From the NCBI GenBank assembly GCA_051294905.1, contig CM119384.1, positions 11,222,001 through 11,286,000 of the forward strand: a DNA stretch of 64,000 nt. Reading direction: 5' to 3'. Source of the stretch: Botryllus schlosseri (Eukaryota). Shown here piece by piece: positions 12,601 through 24,600 of the stretch; the first letter of the stretch is position 1; each line of letters opens with the position of its first letter. A model generated the notes under the pieces. The model made no database searches, was not told the DNA's origin, and was given only the letters and a program-made list of their open reading frames with translations. The position numbers were made by a program, and so were the translations under genes.

Positions 12601-15600
12601 CACGAAATAACATCATGTAACGAAGTCATATAAACGGGTCCGCCCGCCCGAAGATGTTTAATTACTATTTACGGGCCCTCCCGTTTTCAAGACACTTCAC
12701 TCAGCTCTACCGGTAAATCTAATTACGTGAGAAGAGAGGACAATAAATTGATAGCATAATATATGCAATAGCCGATCTGATTGACCGATTTTATCATAAA
12801 TTATCGAAAATTTTCACGCTTCACGCTGGCTCACAATCCAGTACAGATGATTTCGTGACAAACGCGAACAACGTGATGGAGGGGTCGTTTCATCACCATA
12901 TGGGAGCCCAAGACCCACCTTTTTGGGGGCCTGACGAGGTGCTGTTTCGTTCCTGCCAACGGGTATACGCCCGAAGATGTTTAATTATTATTGAGTGGTC
13001 CCACCTTTTCAAACACACCTCACTCAGCTCAATCGGCAAATCTGATAACGTGAGCAGAGAGAAGATCAAGATTGATAACAATATATATGCAATTCCCGAT
13101 CATACTGACCGATTCAGTAATGAATTCTAGCAATTTCTCGCGCTTCGCACGCTTAGGCGGCAAAAGCTGATTCACTAAACGAACTCCCCACGCATATGAT
13201 AAATAGCGGTAAACAGGGTATCGCCCGAGGGGGGTCTGGTGAGCGAAGCCCCCCAGAAGTTCGGTTTATAACCCCATGGGGGGCCCACGACCAAAGTTTT
13301 TTGGGGGGGCCTGACGAAGTGCTGTTACGGCCCTGGGCCTACTGCTGTGGACGTGACATTCACAATTACAAACTCGAATAACAAACAACGCTATAGCTAT
13401 CCACGTTTTTGATGGGTAAGTAGCTCTGTATAGTCCCGGCGATAAAATGTATGCGTGTAGCGCAACGTTATGTTACCGCCGAATACTTTGAGAACTGAGA
13501 AGTCAATTAGTATTTAGATTTTCGGAATCAGTGTGTCATTTACATTCGATTATTATCAGATCTCATAAATTTTAAGCTATTTACGATGAATTGCGTTATC
13601 AATGGTGAGGCTTGGCCCGTCTGTGTCTTACTTCTCGTTTCGAGCTTTATGTTCGAACAATAGTGAGTTCGAATTAGTGCTACAATGACGTCAGTTGACA
13701 GTTGATTGGCATGTGTGGCTCTCCCGGAGTTAAAATTAATTATCCTAAAATTAATGCCAATGCCCATTAGCCTACTTAGGAGACAAATCTACACCTCGAG
13801 TTCGATACGAAGTTGGAGTAATTGTGAAAAACAAAGTTAGTCTCGCGCCTGCAAGTAATATCATAATTTGCTGTACCTAACATCGCACGACTTGAAATGT
13901 CTGATTGCACAATGGGTTGATCATTCATGGGAAAGTTAGACAATGCAGTTTTCAAATTCATATCGTTATCCTAATCATTGGCTCGTAATGGAAGCTACAG
14001 CCAACCATAATCCCAATTATTAGGCAGCTTGTTCGCACTGTCGGTAAAATGTAGGCTTATAGAGCAACGTTTACCGTCGAGGAATTTAAGAGATGAGTAG
14101 AAAAATTGGCCAAATGATATCCCCATAATGTCATATATATATCTATACTTCAATCTAATATTTGCAGATGTAGTCGGCAGCGTGATATTTAGTAGCCCTA
14201 TTCTGTATCGTGTCCATTCCAGAGTTTCTCTTCCATCGCCAGAGATCATCGAAACATACCCCGGCGGACGACTGGCATACATGATGCACGCCCCGATACG
14301 ACAGCAGGCCAACGCACTGAACCTGAAAAACGGGAAAGTGATCATGATTTCGAAATCCGACGACCACCTGACCGCGACGGATCGGCCCGCTTGTCGCGAA
14401 GTCAAATCCACAAGACATCTCAGTAAGGAGAATACCTCCGACCCTACAGCATTTTCTATTTTATTAAAGCCTGTTTGCAATTTCTTGAAGAGGTCGACGT
14501 CAGAGAGGGAACGCCACGTCCTCCTGAGATGAAGTTGTCGGAAGGAGCTGTGACGATTCAGGAGAGAGCAAAAAGCCTGCAGAAAGAAATCAAAAAGATG
14601 AGAGGAGAAACGGAGCTAGCTGCTTTCAACGCAAGCAGTGACACAAAAATCGCTAAGGTAACCGTGGTATGTAATATTCTCGATTTATCCGAGTCAAATT
14701 TCAGCGACTGAAATATTGTTTGGGAAAATGCTATGGATTATTGTAGATTGCAATTATGATCGTGAAACCAGATTAATGACGCATATAGATTCTATTTTCT
14801 ATAGGGTAATCTCACATTCATTCGAATATTCAATTTTTAATATTGCGCCGTGTTCGTATGTTTTAGGAGTTTCATTGATATAGTATGATTCTTTTCATAT
14901 ATGAAAATCTGATAAAGAGTTCATTCGGTTACCTAATGACATTCAAAAACTTTATGGAATGATTATCTGGTTTGATGCCAAATCTCGGCGATTTGATACT
15001 TTCACCAAATTCCATAGTCATCTTATATGACCTTGCGTATAGTTGCTAAACGCACAATTGATACAAACAGATTTAAAATTAATATGTAATTATGGCTGTC
15101 TTCGGGCTTAGATCCCTTATTATAATTGTATAGTTTGAGATGAGGCGTGTAGTATATATTCAGGGAGTTCAAAATAACATGAAAACATGTTTACGCTAAC
15201 CGCCATCAAACCTTGCAAGGTTGCATTTAAAGGAAATAGCGCGTTTTAAAACCAACCCAGAGCAAAAGCCTTTGAAAAAATTGGTGCCAGGTCGGCGAAC
15301 ACGCCATCAACTGCCAATTCCTGAAATTGCGTCAACTGTAGGTTCATTAAAGTTCTTGATAATCTTGTTGTAATTAATAAAATACATATATTTTACATAC
15401 GGGTACGCACATCGCAAGAAAATAACAACTTGAAATCGAGGCATGGTAGCCTATTGCGCAAGATATTATCATCTTAGATAAGCCACATGTTAAAATTTTC
15501 TATTTTTGCTTCAAAGATTGGTCGAAACAGATGGAATTTTAATTCAGAAAAAACACCACGATCCAGCTAGGAGGATGTCTTTCATGAGGGCATTGAAAGA

Positions 15601-18600
15601 GGGCGATCATAGGAGAAATCTTCTGCGAAAAGGTTTCATGACGACCGTCGGAAAGGTCGTTCCAAAGGATCATTCCATTGTACTGATTGGACAAGCTCAG
15701 ATGAAAAATGGAGAACGAGTGTAAGTCCCAGCATGTCAACCTATTTGTTTCATTTGTCCGTTTATGATTCACAATGCGCAGACAATGGGCCGTCTACAAT
15801 GGTAGGCCTATAAAGTAGGCTACTAGCTGTAAAATAGCAAATGATAAGTTCACCGACAGTACAAAATCTACGATATAAACGAAAATTTTGACTTATTTTG
15901 ATGGTTCAAAAAAAATCGCCCTAGTTATGAGCAATTATATCGCCGTACGCTCTAATCACACGCGGGTTGTTGTCACATTCTGAGTGATGTGTAATCAGTA
16001 GGGCGATTATTTTTTACCTCAAAAGCGTAACATTTTGCACTAAAAAATCGAAATATTGACATTTTTTACATTATTAAATCTAATTTTGACAAAATTTGGC
16101 CTGCAAGTATTTGAATTAGGCATTGTTGCAAATAATGTTAGAATTGTAGTACTTTTCTACATTTCGAGTTGGAACTGTTTGCCCTTGCAGCTTGGCAAGA
16201 ATAGAGAAAAAACGTTCAATGGCAGCAAGTGTTTACTTTCAGCATTAAATGTCAGTGTATACTAGTACAGTGCTATAGTAACCTACGCCTGTTACTTCAT
16301 ACCGACTTTTTAACCTACTATAAATATCTCTCGTTTGTAGCTGTGCTAATCATCACGCCATGTCAACCTAATTGTTTCATTCGATCGTTTATGGTTCACA
16401 ATGAGTATACACAATGGACCATCCATAAAATTAGCCTATGCCTATAATTAAGGCTACAAGGTCTAAAATGATGAATGATGAGTTCACCGACAGTGCAACT
16501 TCTGCGACACCAACGAAATTCATTTGCTAAAATTTTATGGCTTTGTAAACAATTTTGTAAATTTTTTGACCCAACGCTACAATTTTGACAAAGTCTTGAC
16601 TTTTTTTGACATGTCAAAAAATAATCCCCCTATCAGATTACACGATGCAATTGTAGCAGCACGGTGGCTTGTTTTGCATCGGAAAAGTATACAATAAATT
16701 ATAAATACATCATGTGTAGAAACAAGAGGGAGATATATATTCCCATTTTCGCGTTCATGACACAGAATATCACCGTTTTATTTCAGAAAGACTGTAGTCC
16801 TCGGGACATTGCTTGTCGAAGAAAAGAACATTGGATCTGGAGACTCCATTTTGAAACTAGCAAAAAAGCAAAAGGATCTCATAACTGGAAAGGTTAGCTT
16901 ATCCTCGTTGCCTCAGAAGCGAAACCAAAAAGCGACTGGGAGCCTGTGGAAATCAAACGGGCTCGAAAATAACAAAGAGCCAGGCAGAGTAGGCGCAAAG
17001 GCCAACCAATCAAAGGAGCCTGACGCACGAAAAGACAATAAGTGGACTAATCCGTTTCGGTTAAATAAAGATTCCGATTTTTCGTCGGTAGAAAACAACT
17101 CGACCGCGTCACAAAACCGAAAAGATAAAGCAAGCAAACTACTGTTTCCATTTGGCCGTGATCATAAAACTACTCAGAATAATAAAGCGCCCGAGTCTAC
17201 ATTGTCCGGAGGCGGCACTCATACCGCGGCTAGCAAGATGAGCAGACCAACCACGCCAAAAGGACGGGAAAATGTCGCCGCTGGTAATACTCGGAAAGAG
17301 CCGACGAAAAAGGCTAGCGCGTCCGCGGTGGACAAAAAACGTCAAAATATTCGCGAGGAGTCGACTCTGCCGCCAATTCGAGAGAATGCGAGCCGCGGAA
17401 AAAACGCCCTTCCCAATCCCGCGGAAAAGGAGAGCGCTGGTAAAGACGACAAAAAAGGAAAGATCCACCGTTCCACATTTTTCCTGTTCATGGGGAAGTC
17501 AAAGAAACGGCAAGAGGAGAAGCAGATCGTCGAAGAAGAAATCGTAGAGAAAGTAGTCGATGTGCAACACGCAGAGGTAGTTCAACAAGACCAGTTTTCA
17601 GAAGATTCGGATATCGAAGCGGACGAATCAGTTTTGAAGACAGACGCCGGTCAAACGTTCACGATAGGAAGAGACGGTCGACCTCGGCAAGTCACGAAAG
17701 ATGGCAAAGTGTGCAGAAAGAATATCCTTTGGAGAGTTCCCAGCGGCCATGGAGCTCGCGATGCGAACTGCGGCCGAACTCTGCAGCGGAAAATGAAAGG
17801 CATTAGGCTTGATATACGCCGTACAACCGATGTCAGCTCTCAAAATTGGGCGAAAGGTAAATCACAAGTCGGGCTGAAAGCAAAGAAGTCCTCTTCTCGG
17901 AATCTCGCTCAGTCACGCAGTCTAGACATAATGTCTATAGATTCCGACCAAATGTCCGAGATACGTGACGCGTTGATGGGCGATCCGTATGCTTTCGAAG
18001 ACATGTCTGGTACGTTTCAAGCTCGCCGCGATAAGAATGGATTGTTATACCTTCGCGGGGATGCGAATCCCTACGATTACATCGCGTCCAGCAAGTCGGC
18101 GCATTCCTCCATGCTTCATCAGGCTCTCAGCGGGGTTTTATACATCGGCACGAGATTGCGCGGGGCTATCAAAAAGAGGAAACCCCCAACTCGTTCGCGA
18201 GATTATGAAGAAATATCAGGATCTAGAGTCGAAAGCAATCTGAAGTCCACTCCGCAGGAAACCGTGGAAGAAAGTCCATCTTCTTTCGATGAATTCAGTG
18301 ACAGCGATGATTCTGAAGCGGAATCCAATGAATCGGGCCCCTCTCACACATACGACGCGATAGAATCGACAGAACACTCTAGGCAGGAGGAACAAGAAAC
18401 GGATGCGAAAACGTCTGATATCCCTTCCTACGACTCCGTGCACACAGGCAGCCCGTCTTACGACTCTGTACACACGACCGATTCCTTTGAATCCTCATCA
18501 GAGGGTAAAAAGTCTACTCTTACGCCGTCTGTAGGTGTTCACGGTAAACTGTTTACAGCGGTCAAAAAATGTAGTTTACCCCCATCTGTTGGCATTCGAA

Positions 18601-21600
18601 TTTTACCTCCAGATCATAAGGTTCGAGATTACAGTGCTCAAATTGTGATTGGCCGAAGAGGACATACTGGAAAAAATCTTGAGCTTCCTCGAAGAAAAGT
18701 TATGTTCGTGCCTAATGCGGAAGCTCCTGTTACCAACAAAACGGTCAGGTTGTCCTCTTCGTGCGATACAATTTACAAGCCTAGACTCTGCGCAACACAA
18801 CTACGGCCTGTGGGAAAATACAGGAGAGGCATGAGATGTTTAACCAATAGACACCAGCGGCGCATCCCACCCCCGCCGCCTCGCGAATCTCAGTCATTTC
18901 ACTCATATTTCCTCACCGGAAACCTTCGACAAAGCAAAGCGTCCGAATATATCAGTAAATTTGGTGTCGACGGTTCCAATCATAGCATGGAAAAAACGGA
19001 ACCGTTCCAAAAATTTACCACCAGGCCCTCCAGGTCATCGAAACAGCGCGGACTGTCGAGACTCCGCGATTACAGTGACAAAGGTTGCGGGGACTCGGTT
19101 TACAGAGAAAGTGGTTCAAATCCATCCAGCAAAGGACTGAAAACGTCTTCGATATCTACTATGACGGGAAGCACCGTGTCCGGTGTTGTCACCGGATGGA
19201 CAGATCAGATTAAACCAATCGCTCCAAAAATCAGCGCTCGTACTTCATCGAGACCTCAGAAGAGTCACGGTAACAATCCGGGTATGGGTAGAATTACTAG
19301 CATAATTCGTGGATCTAGCAACGATGCGGATAGCTCCATCAGCACTCTACCCGATTCGTCAACGGACCAACCATCACGGTCTAGCAGTGTTTCTTCCGGC
19401 ACCACATATTCCCGACACTTGACTGCCACCTCTACTGCCATGGACGAATATTCCACAACCAATACCGAAAGTGATATTACAGAATCGTGCAATGGCAGTT
19501 CCGAACAACTCTCTATAATTCAAGGAGACATTGAACCCATAACAGAATTCAATGCGTCGCAAATTATTCCAAGAATGAATGGTTCTTCGAGTGATAATGA
19601 AGAGATGCTTTCCAGCGCTTCTAGTGTAAATAGCGGCGAGGAATTACTATCCGAAACCACTGACATTGATCAAGAATCCGCACCAGCTAACGTTGAGATA
19701 TCAGCCGACTATATCGAACATAGCAAAGTAAAAAGCACATTTTTACAACCGTCATGCAATTCGGAATTCTCGTCGAAAACCCCTCAGACTATGGATATGG
19801 ACAACCGTGTTGAAGAATACTCGGTCCCATCGAACTACGTGTCGGACGCCTCAATCCACAAACCGGATAGCTGGGTCGTTTCCGAGAACAGCACCAATGG
19901 AATACCCATGCCCGTTTTGGCGGACGAACGTTTGCATGACTTCAGCACTTCGAGCTCTGATCGCACCGAATCAGTTGATGAATGCAGCGCCGTGGCTACT
20001 GCCGGGTTGAAAAAACGCGGCCGGAAAGGCGCCAGGCCGATTCAGAAAATTAGACAGTTGCTCAAGTACCTGAGAGGAGATACTCTGATTTTTAAGGCGG
20101 TTACTGAAAGAAACAATATCACAATCGATGAAGATGTTAAATTACCGTCCGCAGAATGTTGCATGAAGGCCCAAATCAGCCCGTTCGATTTTAGTCGTAT
20201 TTACACCGGCAATTCTCCGAAGTGCGGGTGCATTAAGCGTTTCGAACCTTTCTTTGAGAAATTGTACGAACAAAATGCTTACGTTCCTTTAGCGAAGCGC
20301 ATCGTGGACCTCTCCATGTACGAAGGACTTGAAATACATGGGCAACTGCATCCCTTGTACACCGAAAAAGATGTCGATATTTTTTGTGATAAGTTAGCTT
20401 ATGAAGCGCTATCAAAAGGGGTCGCACAGTTTTCTGTATTACAGTCCCTCTCAAGCACATTGCTCGAAATCGAATCTGAAGATATGCTCGATGATATGAT
20501 GGTGACAGACGTGCAAGGCGTCGTAGAGGAAATGGTTGCTAATGTAATCACCGAGGAAGCTATGCAACAAGGCAGAAGGTCCTTGATAGTGCAATCCTTC
20601 ATCAACGATTCTGTCCCCAAAGTGTCAGCGAGAAAGAGTAATGATCCGAAGTTGAGGGCAATGTATCGCGTAGCCCTGAGAAATGCTGTGATTGAAGAAA
20701 TTGACGAATCGAAAAGCCTGCTTGTTACGCCGAAAGCGTCGACAGTTGCGTCTAATTTATCAGTCAACACAGACGTGTTGGAAGTCGCGAGTAAATCACT
20801 CGTAAATGGTGTACTCGCCACTTCAAACTCAAGATCCCTATCCCTGAAAAAAGAAATATCCAAGAGTCGGATGGTTTTAGCAGCATCAAAGACGTCATTA
20901 TCGCAGTCGCGTTCCAATATTTCTTCCGTGACAGCGACGAATGACTCGGCCCCTAATCCCTCATCAAGATGGGACGCAAAACCGCAAATTCCCGCATCCA
21001 AGCCTGGACACGACGATTCAATCGACATTACAGATTCTATTGAGGATAAATTCGACTGGATGACAGCGTGTATCGCGGATACTAGTGACCTAGAAACAAA
21101 TTACCAAAAACCTTTTCAGCACATGTGCGAGGCTGAAAAATATGATAACGGCATGGAAATGAAATCCAACAAAATAAGCGAATCAGAAGGAAATAAAAAA
21201 TCCACCGGTAATCATAATCCGCACATTGAGAATGTGGGAACTGAATCATTGTCACCACCGTGTGCTCCGTTCGAAATCCCTGACGGCAGTACGCTGAAGT
21301 CGAATGAAGTTGTTGAAGATACCAAACTAACTGGCGCCGCGAAATCCTCAGAAACTGAAGCAAAGATCTTCTCAAGTCACCGAGTTATCACTGTCACGCG
21401 ACCAAGTCCAACAGAACATCAGACAGATGTCATGACAAACGACGAACCAACAAATAGTGAGTTTAAGTCGGCTTTTATAATAATGCATTTTGTTAAAGAC
21501 TTGTTGTTGTTGTTGTTTATTAAACAGAAAAATTGGAAATGGAAAAATTGCGATCAATAGCACAACGAAGTAGAATCAAGTGAGATAAGGCGATTACTCA

Positions 21601-24600
21601 ACTTTACCAATTTACCAATTTCCATCAAATGATAGCACCTGTAATAAGGGTAAAACGAAACCTCGGACTTTATGCAGGAGATATATATGAGATCTAATCC
21701 AAAAAAGGAGGTGATTATATTCAAAATTTCACCTCACCGATCTTTAACGGACGTATAATTCCACATGAGCAGAGTTAAATTATATAATAATATCATGGAA
21801 TAGAACAATACTGATTTGAAGTGGGATACAAATTATTTTGAAAGTATGAATTTTTAATATATACATTCACGTTTGTTTGTTTATTTCAGCTGAGGTAAAA
21901 GATTCGGAACCGCTAACTCCACTGTCACGGACAGAAACCCATGGAAATTCCCCCCTTCCTTCGGATTTAAGCTGCGATAGGTTTGTGAAGAATTTATTTA
22001 GGCTTCTGTATTTCTCTCTGCTTTGTCATTGATGACAATTTCATATTAACATAATGCATAAGTCCAAGATGCAGGGATACTATAGGATGAGTACGTTAGT
22101 TAATGAGGTTGAGTAGCGTAAACTGATATTCATCGAGTTAGGTTTAATCAATTTATATGTTGTGAACAATGTTCGTACAACGTAATGTTTTGTACGGATA
22201 ATTCAGAATGCATATATTTAACCCGCACACAACAAAGATTATATTTTCAGAAAGACCGTGGACTTTGCGTCTAGTGTTGAAGGAAATGGGAATCTTATGA
22301 TAGCAAAATCTGTCGATATGATCGCGATTGCTGGAAATTCGTCATCTTCACTTCTGGCAACGGAGACGGAAGTTAAAGAAGTAGAAAACATCAACACCGG
22401 AGTATCTAAATCAACGAACCATGACATCTCAAAAACTGCTGACGTTAAGACCATCCCTCGAACAAGAAGCAATGTCGATAACAATAAGGAGCAATCGACT
22501 ACTTCTTCTGAAACAACGGTTTCTGCAAAGCCGTCTTCAAGAAAAAATAATAATGATGAAATTGGTGAGCGACCAACACCAATGGAAATAGCAACTAAAT
22601 CTGCGGGTACTTCAGAAGCCGTTCGAATCGGGACCGGGGTCGGTAAAGAGAGCAATAAAAACTGCGCGTCCGGATTCAAGTTCCATATTGGCTCAGCGAG
22701 AACTACTGAAAGAGCTCGCAGGAAATCATTTCCAGGAACCAGAATAGGACGTTTGACGCACATTGAAAATACAACAGGAACAGTCTTGAATCGCTCGAAT
22801 ATTCCGACGATTCAGCAGTCATCCGTGACTGATGCAAATAACAGCACTGCAGTTCCTGCCAGGCCCTGTGGCATTTTACAAGATTGGAAAGTACCGCCTA
22901 CGGTCAACGACAACAACGATGTATCGACTCCTGGATCCAGCTCATCGAGATTAATGAGTCACCACAAAGCATCGAAAATCAGCAGAACATGTGGTCACGC
23001 GAAAATATTCCTGTCTTGCATACAGTGTCGCCGGGCGATTTTCAAATCGTCAATAAGTCTCAGAAATCGCTCATCCGTTCGAAAACGATCACGACGCTTA
23101 AAAGAGAGAGGATACGTTAGCTACGATAAACCAAAGGGAAACGATGTTCGATACACCCACGGAGTGAACATCACTACACCCTTTCCATCGGGTGGCATAT
23201 TTCCCTGTAACGACATGCGTACTAACATCCATACTCATCATTCCCATTCAGACAGCATACCGCAATATAGTCCGTCCAGTATGGGTACCTCTGTCTACGA
23301 TGAATACGAATCGTCTCATAGGAGCTTGTCGAGTGGTTCTACAACTTCATGTAACTTCACGGGTGGTCAAGTTGTCATCGGCAGGACTAGTATGCAGAAA
23401 GATCTTTACATTGACCATATGAACTCGGGAAGATCGCCGATACAAATCGCCATGAAAAATCCCGCTCCGGGACCAAATATCCACTGCTTATACAGTGCCA
23501 CACCTTCCAACTTCCTAGACTGCGGGCAGAGAATCGTGATAGGTCGCGAAAATACACCCGACGATGTGTCGGCCCGGGGTGTTAAACGTGAAAAACCGTC
23601 GACGCACCCTTGCGGGTGTTCTAAACCCACCGGTAAATCGCCGAGAAGCGACTGCGAACTGGACGATGAGAAAATTGTGGAGAAAGTTCGCCGTATGTTC
23701 CGCTCGCACTCTCCGCGTTCGGGCGGGAAGAACTCCAACGTCAAGTTGTCACGTGACGGTACGGAAATTCAGGAGCACAGCAAAATCACGTGTATTGACA
23801 AAGCAGACGCTTCCGTACAAACTTCAGCACGGAAAGGATATGATTTTTCATCGGACAGGGAATCCACGGTGTCCTCGTCCGATGACCAAGAAGGATATGT
23901 GCAGTCGCCTAGTGCGCGAGGAGTCACGAAGAAAACTCGACCATTGCAATCCACGAGATCAACTTCAACAATCTCGAAATCATCGCGTGGGGAATGTTCG
24001 TCGTCATCTCGTAGCGCCGAGAGTCATTCTTCCAACTTTCAAACTCTTCCGAGGGTTGCAAATAAACCGAATTCTGTGCTGGATATCTTCGATGAGCTGA
24101 AACAAGAACTGAGCGAGCTCGGTTCGATCATCGACACTAGTAAAGTAAGGAAAAATCGTGACGCTGGAATTCTTGGCGACGCGATTCCGCGGCTAAATAT
24201 TCAAAGTGCAACTGAAATAGCCGCGTTGAATGATCCCGTCGCTGTCAGTAAGCAGTCACAAGGGAATTCAACACAGCAAGTAGATGAGCCCACCTCATCT
24301 CCGGTTTCTGATGTCGACACGCAAAATATCGAATCAAAATCTATTTCCAGTTGAGTAAAACCTTTCATTGTATTGTTCATAACACTTCGGTCTAGCCATT
24401 AAATCGCTATGTGTGCACTTGTGCAATGCATATAAATAGGTATAGATATAATACTGTCAAAGCTACATCTTCTCATTTGTTTCATAGAAAACCGGAAGAT
24501 CAGTTTCGCTGCCATGTTCGGCAAACCGCAGGTCACCTGCAAAGACGAGGTCGCTGGCAGTCGAACTCACGGTGAAATCGATTCCAAATCACATAACGTT

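Noticed and set aside
21457-21560. Read-through of the giant exon giving a hydrophobic, basic C-terminus (AFIIMHFVKDLLLLLFIKQKNWK)
   Set aside because: Follows a consensus GTGAGT donor; AT-rich intron sequence and a TTG microsatellite explain the hydrophobicity.
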